The translations under genes and the position numbers were made by a program. From positions 23,246,525-23,310,524 of the forward strand of contig CM119263.1 in assembly GCA_051294375.1 (NCBI GenBank): a DNA stretch of 64,000 nt. The letters are read 5' to 3'. Under the pieces are notes generated by a model. The model was not told the origin of the DNA. It saw only the letters and a list, made by a program, of their open reading frames with translations, and made no database searches. Numbering within the stretch: position 1 is the first letter of the stretch; the number at the start of each line of letters is the position of its first letter. Positions 11,001-24,595 of the stretch are shown here, one piece after another. Origin of the DNA: Paraspadella gotoi (lineage: Eukaryota > Animalia > Chaetognatha).

Positions 11001-13079
11001 TGCGGGGCAAAAAAAAGAAGACACTTTTTCACATCGAAAAAACCGTATTGGATGGCTGAATTCTACTATGATATAAAAACATAAAGCAAAGCTTATTGAA
11101 AGATAAAGAAATTGGTCCAAGTCCCAATAAAATCGAGCGAAGCGTTCAAAATCGATTAGTACAAGAATCGAAATAAAAAAGAAATTAGTTTATATTTTTT
11201 AATCAATAAGAGTTAATAATTTTTCCCTATTATAAAATGTTTATAATATAAAATTGGCTAAACAAATTCAGCATAGAATATCTGTAGGGATAGGTGTTAA
11301 CCATTTTTGACATAAATAAATTTAAAATAAGTAAAAAAACAATCATTTTTTCCTAATTCCGTTTTTAGACTGACTTTAAAATATTGCTGTATTCTACTTC
11401 CTGAACCAATTATTTTTTTTTGCACCAATCGATAGCTTTATAAAAAAACTATACTTTTTATAAATATTTTTTCAAAATTAAAAAAGAAATAGTCGGGGTA
11501 TTTAGAGCTAATAAGTGTCTCCTTTTTTTTGCGCGGCAGTGTAGTTAAGCGTGAAACTAATACAAATGGCCAAAAATTTTTTTTGTTACTATTTTTTTTA
11601 CTTAAAATTCAGTTACTTAAATTCGTTAGATTTGTTAAACGTAATAACTAACTAACTCGATTAGTTATATTCAGAAAACAAATACCTAATTTGCATAAAA
11701 ATACTAGTAATTCCAATAATACTAGTATTTACTACGTAAAAGAACCCTTCTATTCGATTAAACCACTGGGCGGCCGCGTGAGGAACGAATCGCCTATTGC
11801 TTATCGTGGGTTATTACCCAGATGGGCCGTTCTTAGCTCTTCCTTTCTTTGTAAATTGTCGATCAATAATACTGTTAAAATGAGTAATTTTCGCGTCGCT
11901 CAAATTGAGACAAAAGAAAAAAGTATTCACGTGATTGCGGTCGCTTTGGCCGATATGATTCGATCTCCGTCGTAGGTTATACCTCCAGTAAACGCAACTG
12001 GCGGAAAAAAAATACTGGTACATTATGGTTACCGCGTAATTATAAAATTACTTGTAAACATACGTAGTTTTTTGAAAGAGCACGTCCGCCAAATAGGCAA
12101 TTTACCTACGATATCCTTGAAGGATTGATCACCATTGATAATATTTATGACGTCCGATTCGCTCATCGTGTCGAGGATCGAAATTTGTGATCGCCACAAA
12201 CTGGTCAATGCCTGAATCACATGGAAATTGTGACAGAAAGGAAATATTAATGTAATGGAAATAAAAATAAATGTTATAAAAAATTAAATACGGTACTAAG
12301 TTTCGCAAATAAACCTTGCAATCTTGAAATTGGAAGTTTCGCTCGTATTGCTGAAGACGAGGTTGAAAGGAGATATTGCGAATTATCTCCGTCATCGAGT
12401 AAATTATCTTCAGATTTTTCGGACTGAGTATATTTTCGCCATCTTCGACCTCCAAGATTACCTGTTGAATTCTTCCTTAAAAAATTCAAATATGTTTAAA
12501 CTATGTTTAATGTACATATATAAGAAAATCCCAATTACCTTATCTTCGACGGAAAGTGTTTGGTCACCCATTTTTCTTGCCAAATAAAGTCGGAGTTTTT
12601 GGCCACCCAAAGCTTGGTCAGATCGTGCTCTTCTTTGAACTTAACCAATCCGATAACAAAGCTGCCGGCAATTATGACAGAGGCAATGATGACGAGTATT
12701 GAATGAGAACCTAAGGAGGAGTTTTTTTTTTTTAATTTTATTATAATATTCTTAAGCTCATCCGTGATCAATCAAAGCGAAAGAGAAACAAACCGATGAA
12801 AAATCCGATCTTGGTCCAAACTGATTCTAAAACTCTGTTGATCGCATCGCTTAGATTTTTGCAACCTGAAAAATGATTGCACTAATGAAGCTTCAAATGG
12901 TTTTTGACCAGTTTCTGTTGATTTTAAATAAAGGCGTATGACTCACAAGATTTGTTTGAAACGACACTCCGGCCCTTCCGGCCATTTTCGTTAGTTTTAG
13001 AGCAATTAGTTTTTTCGTCGGCATCTTCGTCGCCGTAATTCTCGAAGGCAGAGTTATTATGTCCATCGGCTTTGCGCAT
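5060..13079 (-). CDS. Patched-domain (PTCHD3-like / NPC1-like) sterol-sensing RND-family membrane protein, ~20 coding exons
   Basis: Hand-spliced, phase-consistent exons run from MRKADGHNNSAF (ATG 13079) through LESVWTKIGFFIG, KLWVAKNSDF, WEEEF, the SSD (GPIHSVLPFLLLGIGVDDAFVI; VTSITDFLVFAISATSVLPAMRSFCIYAAIGIL), AIGLCIDYSSHIGHTF, MGPAVFNGGFST and FFKIFFGIVVFGLFHGLVFLPIFLSYFGP to the stop at 5060. The GxxxDD (TM4) and GxxxD (TM10) RND motifs are present. Exact ortholog not determinable. Confidence 0.92.
5720..6015 (+). mobile_element. tRNA-derived SINE-like element in an intron
   Basis: tRNA-like head at ~5774-5845 with A-box-like GTGGCTCATTGAGTAAAG, a CTCATGA anticodon-like loop (Met-like) and B-box GGGTTCATTCCC. 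It is a GC-rich island in an AT-rich intron; boundaries approximate. Confidence 0.5.
6805..7128 (-). mobile_element. Interspersed repeat with tRNA-Gly-like core, subterminal IRs and terminal hairpin (copy B, interrupted by a nested insertion)
   Basis: Inverted homolog of 8090-8324: GGTGG-N8-CCACC hairpin (7108-7125), GAACGGTT/AACCGTTC subterminal IRs, tRNA-like 7024-7095. Homology resumes at ~6805-6830 beyond a 129-bp insert. Confidence 0.75.
6831..6959 (-). mobile_element. Short nested insertion, probable 5'-truncated retroposon, with 7-bp TSD
   Basis: Flanked by direct repeat TGATATG (6824-6830 and 6960-6966). It matches 58196-58274 in opposite orientation (CCTGCTA...CTCTTG-AAG...GATGGAGG-C-TAAACCA...TGTCCAAAGTCAGG...ATAGC). 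Confidence 0.7.
7270..7580. repeat. 45-bp tandem repeat (6 perfect copies plus partials) starting at an exon 5' splice site
   Basis: Unit ATGAACTTACTCTTAATGAACGATGGATTTCAATCGACCCAAAAA at 7300, 7345, 7390, 7435, 7480 and 7525. The partial at 7570 carries the real donor (ACTCAC = GTGAGT on minus). Confidence 0.95.
8090..8324 (+). mobile_element. Interspersed repeat with tRNA-Gly-like core, subterminal IRs and terminal hairpin (copy A)
   Basis: Hairpin GGTGG(8093)-CCACC(8110); IR AACCGTTC (8111-8118) / GAACGGTT (8279-8286). The tRNA-like unit 8123-8194 has a 7-bp acceptor stem GCGGCCA/TGGTCGC, a CTCCCAA loop and a degenerate B-box GGTTCTCGCCC. Confidence 0.75.
9535..9690. repeat. Degenerate ~19-bp minisatellite (GAGATTTATGAGATTTGTG)n in an intron
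   Basis: Directly visible periodic repeat. Confidence 0.8.
10430..10682. mobile_element. Interspersed repeat family 2 (copy 1)
   Basis: Colinear with 27211-27395: GTGGC-GTATATTCACACCGCCTCA...CATTGGCT...CACCATCC-AGGC...GTTCCATCCACAG...GCGTTGGCAAAGCGAGACCGTC...GGGTAAC...CCAGTGAC...CATCCC-GGCTGTTG. This copy has an extra internal segment. Confidence 0.8.
10998..11541. mobile_element. Tc1/mariner-type MITE, 544 bp, TA target-site duplication
   Basis: TA|CACTGCGGGGCAAAAAAAAGAAGACACTT ... AAGTGTCTCCTTTTTTTTGCGCGGCAGTG|TA: ~29-bp TIRs with few mismatches, TA on both sides, no internal ORF. Confidence 0.88.
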
Positions 13080-13513
13080 TTTCTGGGAAATCCTTCACAG
13101 AAATTGTTTCACCTTTTTAAGCTTTTTTTTTTTCAAACAAGCTTTGAACGGTTTCATGATAGACGAAAGGAAGAACCGGTCCTTTAGGATCGTCGCCTGA
13201 TTTCGTGTTGAAATGAGCAGGCAAAGATTGGGCACGAATAGGGCTTGCGTACATGTCCATGAAGGAAGCGAGAAATATCTTTTCTTGTCTAGATACCTAT
13301 TGAAGATCTTGTAATTAATGTGGTTCGCGTTGTGCTTCTTTCCGTGTACAATGTACACTGTATTTCGTTTTTTAATCGGCGAAATTAACAATTGATGAAA
13401 CAATAATGACAAAGGATAAAAAAAAATAATAAAATTAAAAATCTTAAAAAAGCCGGAGCAATCAAATTGATGTTGAGCCCGAAAATCGATAAAGTTTTAG
13501 ACTGAGAACGAGC

Positions 13514-13594
<81 letters not shown>

Positions 13595-14448
13595 TCTCTT
13601 TAACAAGTTGTATACTAAATTCGTCGCTTTAGTCGTTTTTTTTCTTAGTCGTGACCCCATGACCGATTAGTTTCTCCGTAGTAAAAATTCTAATTGCATG
13701 ACTCAAATATTTTTTTTTTTTGACTTTTTCTTATTTTTCCGTGGAAATTAACCCCAATTTACGCAAATGGAGTGTTTCAGAACTCGAGGAGTATATTTTA
13801 ACACTTTCTCTCTCTTCCTCTCTATCTCAGCAGTCAGCATCTTTAGCCGTTTTAAAATCTTTATTTGCTGGACAAACAAACTGTCTTCAATAAAGTAATT
13901 CCCAAAACTGACATCTGTTTCTAATCAATATGCTCTCTATGTCCCTTTCTTTTTTCAGATTATTTCTTTCATATTGAGTCCCAACAACAACAACAACAAC
14001 GACTCCGCTACCTCCACCGCCATCTCCTTCATTTAATCCCAAACGCATCAAGTGTCAGAATCTTTGGTGAAAATCTCGTGAGTTGTGCGTAAGTTGGGGC
14101 AGGCGGCGCTGGCGTCGGCTTCGAAAAAAAAAAAGGGAATCGGTTTCTGACGGGAGAGATCAGGGAAGGATTGGTTTGACGAACTCGGGGAGCAAAGGGT
14201 TCGAGTGTTTGAGGGAATCTGGTGGAGAGGCAATTTTCTTATTACAAAATAGAGATAAGATACTGAGATACTAAGATTTTAGGATATTGAGATATTGAGA
14301 CACTCAGATTTTGAGATATTGAGATACTAAAAAGTCGAAAAGCTTTGAATAAATATTTGGCCTCAGCCAATTCGCGATACCGACGAGTAGTAGAAACTGT
14401 TTACTCGTGAGGGTGCTCGATAAAGAAAATGTCGTAAAACTTCATAGG

Positions 14449-14501
<53 letters not shown>

Positions 14502-15009
14502 TCGCCCTCCTGTCCGTCGTCGTCCGCCGAAAAAGGACTCTTTATCCTTTTCATCAAGTTTCTGTCATCTTTTTTTGATCCCAAATGAGAAATTTCGTCG
14601 TCATCGTCGTCATTGTGGGATCCCCATAAAAATGGAGGATCAAAGATGGCGGCGCACATCGGGGTCAGAAAGAGGGTCACACTGCGCGAGAGGAATACAA
14701 CCATGGCCGGTATATTGACACTCGACAATGGGAAAAGTCGATGCGACGTTTTGAAAATACTACGAGAATTCATATTTAATGTCAGATTATTCATATCTGT
14801 ATTATGCAGCTGTTTGAAACATCTTATACTGAACAGTGAACACAAAGCAATTGCTAACTGCATCAGACAACGTCCATGCTTACTACTAAGTCTAAAAGAG
14901 TTTAAATGGATGTTGTACATTTTTTTGTATCCTGAATTGAATGAATTCAAAATATTTTAAAAGATAATTACTTGATAGCCTCGCCAAACAAAACTCTTAA
15001 ATCGCTTAG

Positions 15010-15471
15010 GCCAATTTTTGTTTCACAAAACCCATCGATTCGGGGCGTGAGACGTCCGCAGCGACCGCCGAGACGCCTCCGTGGATTCCGGCGCCCTCGT
15101 CCGCGCGTCCAACGCGCCGCAAATGTAAGAAAACAAAAGAGCGACGCCGTCGTCGCTGTCATCGTCGTCGTCGGCGTCCATGGAAAAAAACGGCGTCAAT
15201 GGAAGTCGGCAGGAAGAGACGCCGGTCACCAGATTGTGAGGAGGAGGAGGAAGAGGAAGAGGAGGAGGAGGGAAAGAAGGAGCAGACGGAGGAGGATGAG
15301 CGAGAGGATGAGCAAGGGGGAGGAGGAAGAGGTCGAGGAGGAGTCGGCGAGGCCAGGAGGATGAAAGCGAGAGGAGAGAAAGCGAAGGGAAGAGTCGTAA
15401 AAGAAATCAACGCATTCGCGACGAAAAAAGACAAAAAGGGGTCACGAGGTCACAAAACAAAAAAGGAGTAA
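15010..15471 (+). CDS. Possible exon of an unknown low-complexity Arg/Glu-rich protein
   Basis: Stop-free frame after a TTAG acceptor: ANFCFTKPIDSGRETS...KERRRRRCHRRRRRPW...GRKRRRSPDCEEEE..., in a GC-rich island. No recognisable homology; may be simple sequence only. Confidence 0.25.
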   Translation, partial: ANFCFTKPIDSGRETSAATAETPPWIPAPSSARPTRRKCKKTKERRRRRCHRRRRRPWKKTASMEVGRKRRRSPDCEEEEEEEEEEEGKKEQTEEDEREDEQGGGGRGRGGVGEARRMKARGEKAKGRVVKEINAFATKKDKKGSRGHKTKKE

Positions 15472-16429
15472 AAACCGTCGACGACGACGACGACGATACA
15501 GACGAAGATGACAAAACACACCCGGCTTTCGGAATCCCCCCCCCATCTTTTCCCCCCTTTTCTCTCCATTGTCTAGCCTTCAACCTCAATCCGCAGAAAC
15601 AAAAGACGCCGGTGACGCCGACGACGCCGGCGCCAACGAAGACGACGCCGCTCGTCGAGCCGGGACCGGTAGGCGGTGCGACGAGACGCGAATTAAGCGC
15701 CGAGATCCGGCGAAAAGATGATACACGCTTTTGGACACTTGGAAAATTGGATGCCCTCGGGATCAGCGTGGAGGAAAGACGTTGGGGGGGGGCGGAGAAG
15801 GGGGAGAGAGATGTGGTTGACGACGGGATGTTGGATTATGAATTGTGGGCATTAGAGTCTGGTTGATCGGGTGGGAAAAGTGAGTCGTGAGTTGGTGAGA
15901 AAAGGGCTGACATTTTGATTAACAATAGCAAAAACAAAACGAAACTAATAAAAAGTTCGATTGACAGGAACAAAAACAAAAGCAACAACAACAACGACAA
16001 TGACGATGACGACGATTTATTTGCGATCGTCGAATCTTCGGGAGTAAAACTCATCGAGAGAAAAAGATTCGGCGCAATCGTCATTTTCGAATCGGAGAGA
16101 GGAAAGAGTTAGGGTGGAGAAAAAGGGAGGAAGTTGAGGAAGAAAAAAACGGGAAAATGGAAATCAAAACAAACAAAGGAATCGGGGAAAACGGAAACTC
16201 AGAAAATTAAATCATTAGAAAATGTCGAAGAAAAATATATCAGACGGAAAAATATTTTAAAATATTATTAGAGGAATGAGTAATTTTTATATTTATGGTA
16301 TCTATTTCATAAGGAAATGATGAAGATAAGATAAAAAATGATAATTAAAATAGATTATTTTAAAAAAGACCCAAAAAATATCTCCCTTTTTCTTACCTTC
16401 CTTAACCACACCTATTCCTCGTACTCACA

Positions 16430-16474
<45 letters not shown>

Positions 16475-16562
16475 CGTTTAGCGTCGGATTCCATACGACA
16501 CTCGTTTTACGAGGAAGAGGATTTCGCAAAGTGTGAAAAATGTGGAGGATATGATGGGAAAA

Positions 16563-16698
<136 letters not shown>

Positions 16699-19600
16699 TG
16701 AAAGTCGGGTTGCGTGGGCATCAAACGTTGGAAGATGAGGAGATGAAGGAATGACGTTTCGTATGAAGGCGGCTTCGACGATGGGAGTGGATGAAGGCGG
16801 TCGCCAGGCGACGCCGCGCAACGCCGCAGGCCGCCGCCGCAGGCCGCCGCCGCCTCTCCCCGCTTGCCGGATTGCGAACCCATTGATCTCCTCACCTCGA
16901 GGAAAGGATTCTCCAAAAGATTCTCCTTCCTCCTCTTTATTTTTTCTCCTTTTTTTCTCCCTTTTTTTATTTCTTTCCTTTTTTTCTATTTTTCTTTCCG
17001 CCAAAAAGTGAAAATGGGATTTTTTTTTGTTCAAAGTCGATCGAAATTGTGAACCTAATGTGAACCCAGTCGAAGGGGCTATTTGAAGGTTAGATTTGGT
17101 TTCGTGAAGATTTCATTTGTCACAACCGTAAAAGGCCTTGGGGCTCACGTGAAACTCACCGAAAATCACTGCCATCCAACTATGTTCCTTCTACCAATCC
17201 AGTGATTCCTTTCCGCCAATGCCCTCTCGATACAACGCAATCTCTTCGCCCAAGTCGTCGGCCATCTCCACCATCATCTCCTCCCCCATCTAATCAACCC
17301 ACTCAATCGCCTCCATTCTCAGCTTCGCCCCCCCCCTTTTAAAACCCACGCGATCCACTTTCCCTCCACCACCCCCCCTCCCCTCCCCCTCGCCTCCCCT
17401 CGCTACCGACGTCATGAGGCCTCAACCATTGATCCTGACCCCAAGAATGGAGCCATTGTATGAGCAAATCTTAGAAACGCGCCAAGACGGGAAAAGATGG
17501 GCCACATTCATAAATCTAATATCTGAAACCACAGAGAAGATGAAGGAGGAGGAGGAGGGGGAAGGAGGAAGAGGAGGGGGAGGAAAGTAGGAAGGGCAGT
17601 CAAGTGGAGGAATCTCAGGCAGGAATTCATCATTACAAAGTGAGACAAGCAATAAGTAGAAAGGGAATTTTGACTAGCAGTCATCAAGACGACCACAAAG
17701 ACCAAAATGAAGTCTTAAAAGTAACGCGAAGTTGTTATCCGGAAAGTTAAATTCAGAAGATTTGGTCGGAATTTTGTTTGAAGTTACAATTCCAATCGGA
17801 GATAATCGTATAATTTTAATAAATAATGAGTGAAAATTTTGTAAGCTTCTACTGAGAAGTTTAAGAATACTATCATAATATTCCTATTTGAAAAAAGAAA
17901 ACGACAACAATAAGGAAATACAACAAAACAAAGAACGAAAACACAAACTATAAAAATTTTGGGAATCTTCGAAAGAACGACGACGACGCGACGACGACGC
18001 GACGACGACGACGAAGATGACGACGACGACGAAATAACAGAAAAGAAAACCGGAAAAACAAATTAAAAAATTCTAATTTGCATGAAAAGCGATTAGAGAG
18101 AAAAAAAAGGAAAAAAAGGAGACAAAAAGGAACAAAAAAAAAAAGAAAGAGAGAAAAAAGGCAAGGGTTCGCCCGAGAGTCGAGGAAGAATTCAATGTCG
18201 CGTTTAGGAAAACATAACACGATTTCCTTCGAGCGAGAGGCCAAACCAATTTTTCACATTTTCTTTTTTTTTTTTTTTTACTTTTTTCTTTTTCTTTCTT
18301 TCTTTTACTTTTAAACTTTCTCCTCTTTATTCATTCATGTATTTATTTATCTATTCTATTAATTTCCTGTTATATTTCTCTTGTTTATTTTATTCCAAAT
18401 GTTTAAAATGACTGACGTAAATCAGTCCGTAATCAAACTTTAGCTAAAATTAAAAGCCTAGTCGGTTTCTCAGTTCTACAAAAATATATCTTTTCCTATT
18501 CTTTCTTTTTCTTTTTCTTTTTTTTCTTTTCTTTTATTTTTTTTTTATTTTTATTTTTTTTGAGCGATTAAAGCAACGTCGCTTCCTAGCAGCTTTCTCA
18601 TTATTATACTCTTTCTTTTATTTATTTTTTATGTCGCTTCTTTCATTCTTTCTCATCCCTTCTTTCTCTCTCTCGCACACGCGTCCCAGCTTTTTTCTTT
18701 TTCCTTCTTTTTAAGTTTCGCGACTAAGTATTCGATAATGGCGCTAATGGGAAACGGCATCAAACTGTTTCTTCATGCATATCTCTCTTTTTTTTTCTAA
18801 AGCCGTAGACCTCATCGTCGCCCGAGTGCGGCGTGGGGGTGGTGGTAGGGGATGCGGAAAAGTTGTAAGGGTGCTTGGTGTGTTGGGGAAAGGAAAAAGT
18901 AGAGGGTGGCAATCAGAGAGTCGGAAAAAGAGAAGATCCTAAACGAAAGAAAGGGCTTCAAAATTTGTTGGGGGTTGAAGAGAGATAATTGGTAGGATAA
19001 TTGGCCGTTAATTGAAGTAGGGGGAACGTGGAATAAATGCTGTAAAATTAAGGGAGAAAAACTAGAGGGAGATTGTTGAGAAAACAAGGAAGGGGTGATC
19101 GAAGTAAACCCCAAATTAGAATTTACTTTGCATATTTAATTGGCCACTTGGAATGAGAACGAGTCAAGGACCAGGCTTACTCGGCTACTCATTTGCAATA
19201 TCTTATTAGTTTTTTATTAATTGGTAATAACTGACGTTCATCGCTTTTAGTTGAACGTATTTCTTAAAGAGTATTTAAATATATTTCTTTTACTTAAACC
19301 CATAAAAAGCTCAGATTCAAAGTTAAATAGCGAGGGAGTGTTTCGAAAACAACTCCTAAGCTTCGCGACCCGTTTCAAGTTTTCGGTGTAACAAGCGTTT
19401 TTTCCGGGCCACAGAGAGACTCGCTTTTCTTCGGGTGAAATTTAGTAAGATTTCTAGGCGACCCCCGCCCCGCACGCCGCCTTCACCGCCGTCTTACCCG
19501 CAGTGCAGCCGATCCTTTTTTCTCACAAAGTGAATGCGAGACTGAGGGCAGAAAGGAAAAAAAAAAATTCGTTAAAGTAGGAGAAATATAGAGAGAACGA

Positions 19601-20179
19601 AATAAATATAATAAATATTAATAAGTAATTTTTTTATTTCTCTCTTCTCCGCGCGCCGGCGAGTGAAGTTTGCGCAGTCGAAAAATTCGTGTGTTAAATC
19701 CGCCGGGAAAAACCGGAAAACGGCGAACAGTTTGCCGGAAAGCCGAACTCCCGTCGGCCGGAAAGCCGACCAGATAAAAGGAGTCAAAAAAAGTTCAAAC
19801 CTGGAAAATTGGGAGAGAATTTGACGCCATCATCGAAAGAAGTGAACTTTGAAATGTGGGTGAGGATTGAAGAATGATGGGGGAGTGGAGGAAAGGGAGG
19901 GGTGGGTGGGATGGGTTGACGGAGGAGGAGGGAAGATGAAGAGAAAGGAGGAGGAAAAAAAGGAGAAAGGGAGGAAGGAGAGGAAGAGGAGAAATGATGG
20001 AGCCGATGTCGAGAAGGTTCCCCGCGGATTTTTTTCAAAGAGAAAATTGGGAAGAGAATATGGAAGACTATTAAAAAGCGTTTAACGAGTGAACGAGGGA
20101 CAGAGAGAGAGAGAAAGAGAGAGAGGAGAGAGAAGAGAGAGAGAGAGAGAGATGAGAGAGAGGAGAGAGAAGATAGAGA

Positions 20180-20210
<31 letters not shown>

Positions 20211-20928
20211 AGAGAGAAGAGGATTCTACCGGTGAAGAAAAGACGGGCCACGTCTTTCGTTGTTGACGCGTCTATCTGACGACCCTGACGAGACATTTCC
20301 TTTTCACTCGTGACCTTTCACGTGAACTCCTCGCGTCATCTCACCTTTTTCGTGAATAGGAGGATTTTGGGCAATACCATCCACGCCCCATGTCTCGACT
20401 CTCGACACGTTTCGACTTCCGAGTTAAACAACGCTGATTTCTTTATTCTACTTATTTTCCTCCTTTGTCCTTACCTTTCTGGCAGATCCTCCCACTGGCC
20501 TCTCTCACATTCCACGTCAATTTTCCTGCCAATCCCTCCGCCATTCTTACCCTTAATCCCCTGTCCCTCCTCAAATTTCCCTCCCCTCTCTCTCTCGCCC
20601 CTCAGTCTCCTTCTGCCCCAAAAGCCCACCCCGGCACCCAACCCCACCACCCCACACCTCCCTCATCCCGCCGAAGGATCGCGGAAGGGAGATCCTCCAC
20701 TAATCCCTCGTACACAACTTCGCCTCTTAAGACTCGAACGGCAGTCTCCATCCAGCGGAAGTGGACGAGCAAGAGGAGGAGGAGGAGGAGGAGGAGGAAG
20801 AGGAGGAAGACGAACCCGAGGAAAGGAGTCGAAGTGGGAGGAATCCTCTTTTTAGAACGAGAATCTCAGAGAGAAAAAAGTTCTTTTTTTTAACGAACGC
20901 TTTTAAGATAGCACTGGGAATTTCTCTC

Positions 20929-20983
<55 letters not shown>

Positions 20984-23177
20984 CTCTCTCTCTCCTCTCT
21001 CCTCTCTCTCTCTCTCTTCCCTCAAGCGGATCTCTGTAACTTAAGTAACTGCTCTTTTATTTCTTCTGAGTGAGATAAGAGAGAGTCCGGCGACCCCTAG
21101 TTTTGAAGGAGGTTTCGGCTTTGAATCCAACGAGAAAGAAGTCGGAGTTTGTTGTCGTTGTTGTCGTTGTCTTTTCTTGACCCTTTTGCGGGGTTTTTAT
21201 CTTTTCGTAGTTCGTACTCAACAATTGACAAGCCTCTTTTGGAATTCAATTTACTCTTTCAATTTTGCTCTCGCATGCACGTTTCCCTTCAGTTGTTCGT
21301 GGAGTAATGATTATTTTTACTAATCGACGTCGTAATCGTCATCATCGTCGACGTCGTCGTCATCGTCACGATGCAAAAAAAAGAAAGAAATAATATTTTC
21401 AGGATATGTAAAATGTCTTTTTCTTCTCTCGTTTCTCTCCCCCCCCCCTCCCCCGATTCGACTTTTATGAATTGAAGACGAGATTCAATACGTGGATCGA
21501 ATAAACGGACGAGATGGAAAACTCCATCGTAAAAAAGCCTTTCAAACAAAATTCATCTTTTTCTGTCGTCGTCTTCTTCGTCGTCGTCGTCGTCGTCGTC
21601 GTCACAATCGTCGGCGACTTCGAGTCAAAAAAAAAAAGTCGTCGCCAATCTGATAATCATCGTCGACATCAAAAGAAGCGCATCACCCATCGAGCGTCTG
21701 CGCTTGCGCCATCGCGACATCTGTGCAAACGCGCCTATTCATGAATTCTTTTTTTTTTTTTTGTATTCATATTTCAAAACATATAAACTTTTTCGGGTCT
21801 CCTTTTAAAAATGGCGTGGAGCGAGAAGTATCGGGAATAGGTTCAATAAGGTTCGCGAGGTTGATCGGTCGGTCGGTCCGTCTGTCGGTCGGTTGGTCGG
21901 TCGGTTGGTCGGTCTGTCGGTAACTTTCGTTTCGGTGACTGAGACTCCTGGTAACAAAAGAAGAGATATAACGAAAATTGAGGTTTTTACGAATTATCAT
22001 CTTTTACTCTTTTATATCCGGATCCAGTTTATTATTCACTATTGAAAGGAACCATGGATATTGGATAATTTCTCTCTCTCTCTCTCTCTCTCTCCGTCTC
22101 TGCTCTCCTCTTTCTCTTCTCTCTCTCGCTTAATCCACCTCCTCGATAATAAATATGAAGTCCCGATGATGAAAACGACGACGACAAGGACGACGACGAA
22201 GATTACCATGACGACGTTGACTCATATATCCACAGCAACGACGACGACGACGACGACAACGACGATGTCGACGAGGATGACCGCTGCAACTCTCGACCAA
22301 CGGATTAGGGGAGCGGATTGCAAGCAGGCGTCAACCAAGCAGACGCTCGTCATTGTGACGGGAAAACAAGCAGAAGAGAAATCAGGGATGACGACAGGAT
22401 TTGTGGGAGACGCCTCGCATCCGCGTTTATAATATCCGATCTCGCAATAAGGAATCTCGTAATAACGGATCTCGCAAAGTCCGGTCGGAACTGCAGAGGG
22501 CTAGTCCGAGGCTTAGGAGATACGGCGTTATTGCGAATGAAACATTAAAGAAGCGCCCACCCAATAAATCCGGAATCTATATTTGATTTTTAATTTTTCA
22601 AAGCGATAACCCATATCACTCTCGAAATCGAAGCATGTTTGAAATCGGGAGTAGATTCGAGCGTTCTTTGTTAAAATCTTCTGGCAGATTTCCATGCTTA
22701 TAATTTTCGAAACTATAAATTATGTACATGTATTTAATTTGGGGATTAGGAGATTGCGGGTAAAACGCTATATTTTTAAATCTTTCAGTTTCTTTTAATA
22801 AAGTAAACTTTTTACTTGCTCTCAATGGCATTTAATTCATTGAAAGAAATTACGAATAAAGAAAAAATAAAGAAATAAATAATGAAAAGAAAGAAGGAAA
22901 AAAGAAAAAAAAAAGAAAGCAGGGAAAGAGATGGATTGTGAAGAATCATTGAGGAAGCGAAGGAACAAAGGAGCCACCAACGACAACGACGACGACGACG
23001 CCCTTTTATCATTTAGCCTTTTGTTTTGATGAGGTCAGAGGTCAATCCTCTCTCAGACTCGGCGCGAATGTCGCTTCTTCCCACGTTTCTACTTCGGCCG
23101 CCAGGGTCGCGCAGCCGGATCCATTACGCGAGTACCAACAGTTGATAATGGATGGAGTCGCCGAGGGAAGGGAAGAG

Positions 23178-23306
<129 letters not shown>

Positions 23307-24279
23307 TATTATATGCAATATTTCAGTAATAGATTACATGGTTAAAAAACTTGCAATTAATAGCATCTAATGAGATGGGATAAATTTGAAACTAAAGAAT
23401 CATGCGGGACGAAACGTTTGAACCCAGGCGAAGAAAAAATTAATTAAGAATAGAACCTTTCTATTCCAAGCTAAATCGAATCCCCTGCCGTCGTCGTCAT
23501 CGTCGTCATCGTCGTCGTCGTCGTCGTCAACCTCATCATCGTCCATTCTAAAAATAAAGACACGCTTCTGGAAGGAATCTAATGTTGCCACGCGCCGAAA
23601 TCCACTTCCGGGCGAAAAGAGAAAAAAAAAACTAATTATTTCCAAAAGACAAAATTAACAATCAGGATGAAGCAACGAATGTATTAATTATTAAATTATT
23701 TAAATAGATTAGCGACCTACTTTTTTAAACGGAATTTTTTTTCTCAATCCTATTTTTTTACTTCGCTCTCTTTACGATTCTCGTCTCCAAACGTCGAAGG
23801 ATCGCAATAAAGAAAAAAGGCGCGAAATCGTTTTTTTTCCCCTCCGACTCGTTTTCATCGAAAGAGTCTCTCTTCCCTCCTTCGGCCCCTCCTTCCCCTC
23901 ATCCGAGTATCCTACGACATTCGGTCCACCCTGTGGGAGCTAAAAGTGTTCACTATCACGATTCGGTCCATTGCTTTCCATACGTACTCGTCCGTTGGCA
24001 CGTTTACGAAAACTACTAATTACTCTCCTTGACAAATCAATACTCTCTCACTCAACGTTGCTTTTCCCCACCATCTTACAAGCTCCAACCCGAATGAGCA
24101 GAATCTCTCTTAACGAAGATTAACCCCTTCCGTCGCCCCCCTTCCCCCTCCCCCTCCCCGCCAACCCCCAGCCCACCCGCCGGGGGTCGACCCTCGCTTT
24201 AGCAGAATATAAAACTGAGCGGCGACCAATAAAATCCTCGTTCCTCTGCTTCGAGGAAAACATCAAAACAACAAAGGGA

Positions 24280-24382
<103 letters not shown>

Positions 24383-24595
24383 TCCCCTCTCGGCGACGCT
24401 TTTAGTGCCGAAAAAATAAAAGGCGCCGGGATTTTCCCGGCCGGGACGGCGTTCTTTTTTTTCGCGCCGGCGCCCCCGCGACGATTAACCTCGACGTTCG
24501 TTCGCCGACTAAAAAGAGAAAGAAAAAAAAATCGGCGCCATTTCGACGCCGGAAGTTCAAGAGGCGGCATCGACCGGAAACGAGGGGGGCCGAAG

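Noticed and set aside
17410-17700. Possible LINE 3' fragment (similar doubt for 3340-3650)
   Set aside because: Composition is suggestive, but no RT/endonuclease motif or second copy could be confirmed by eye.
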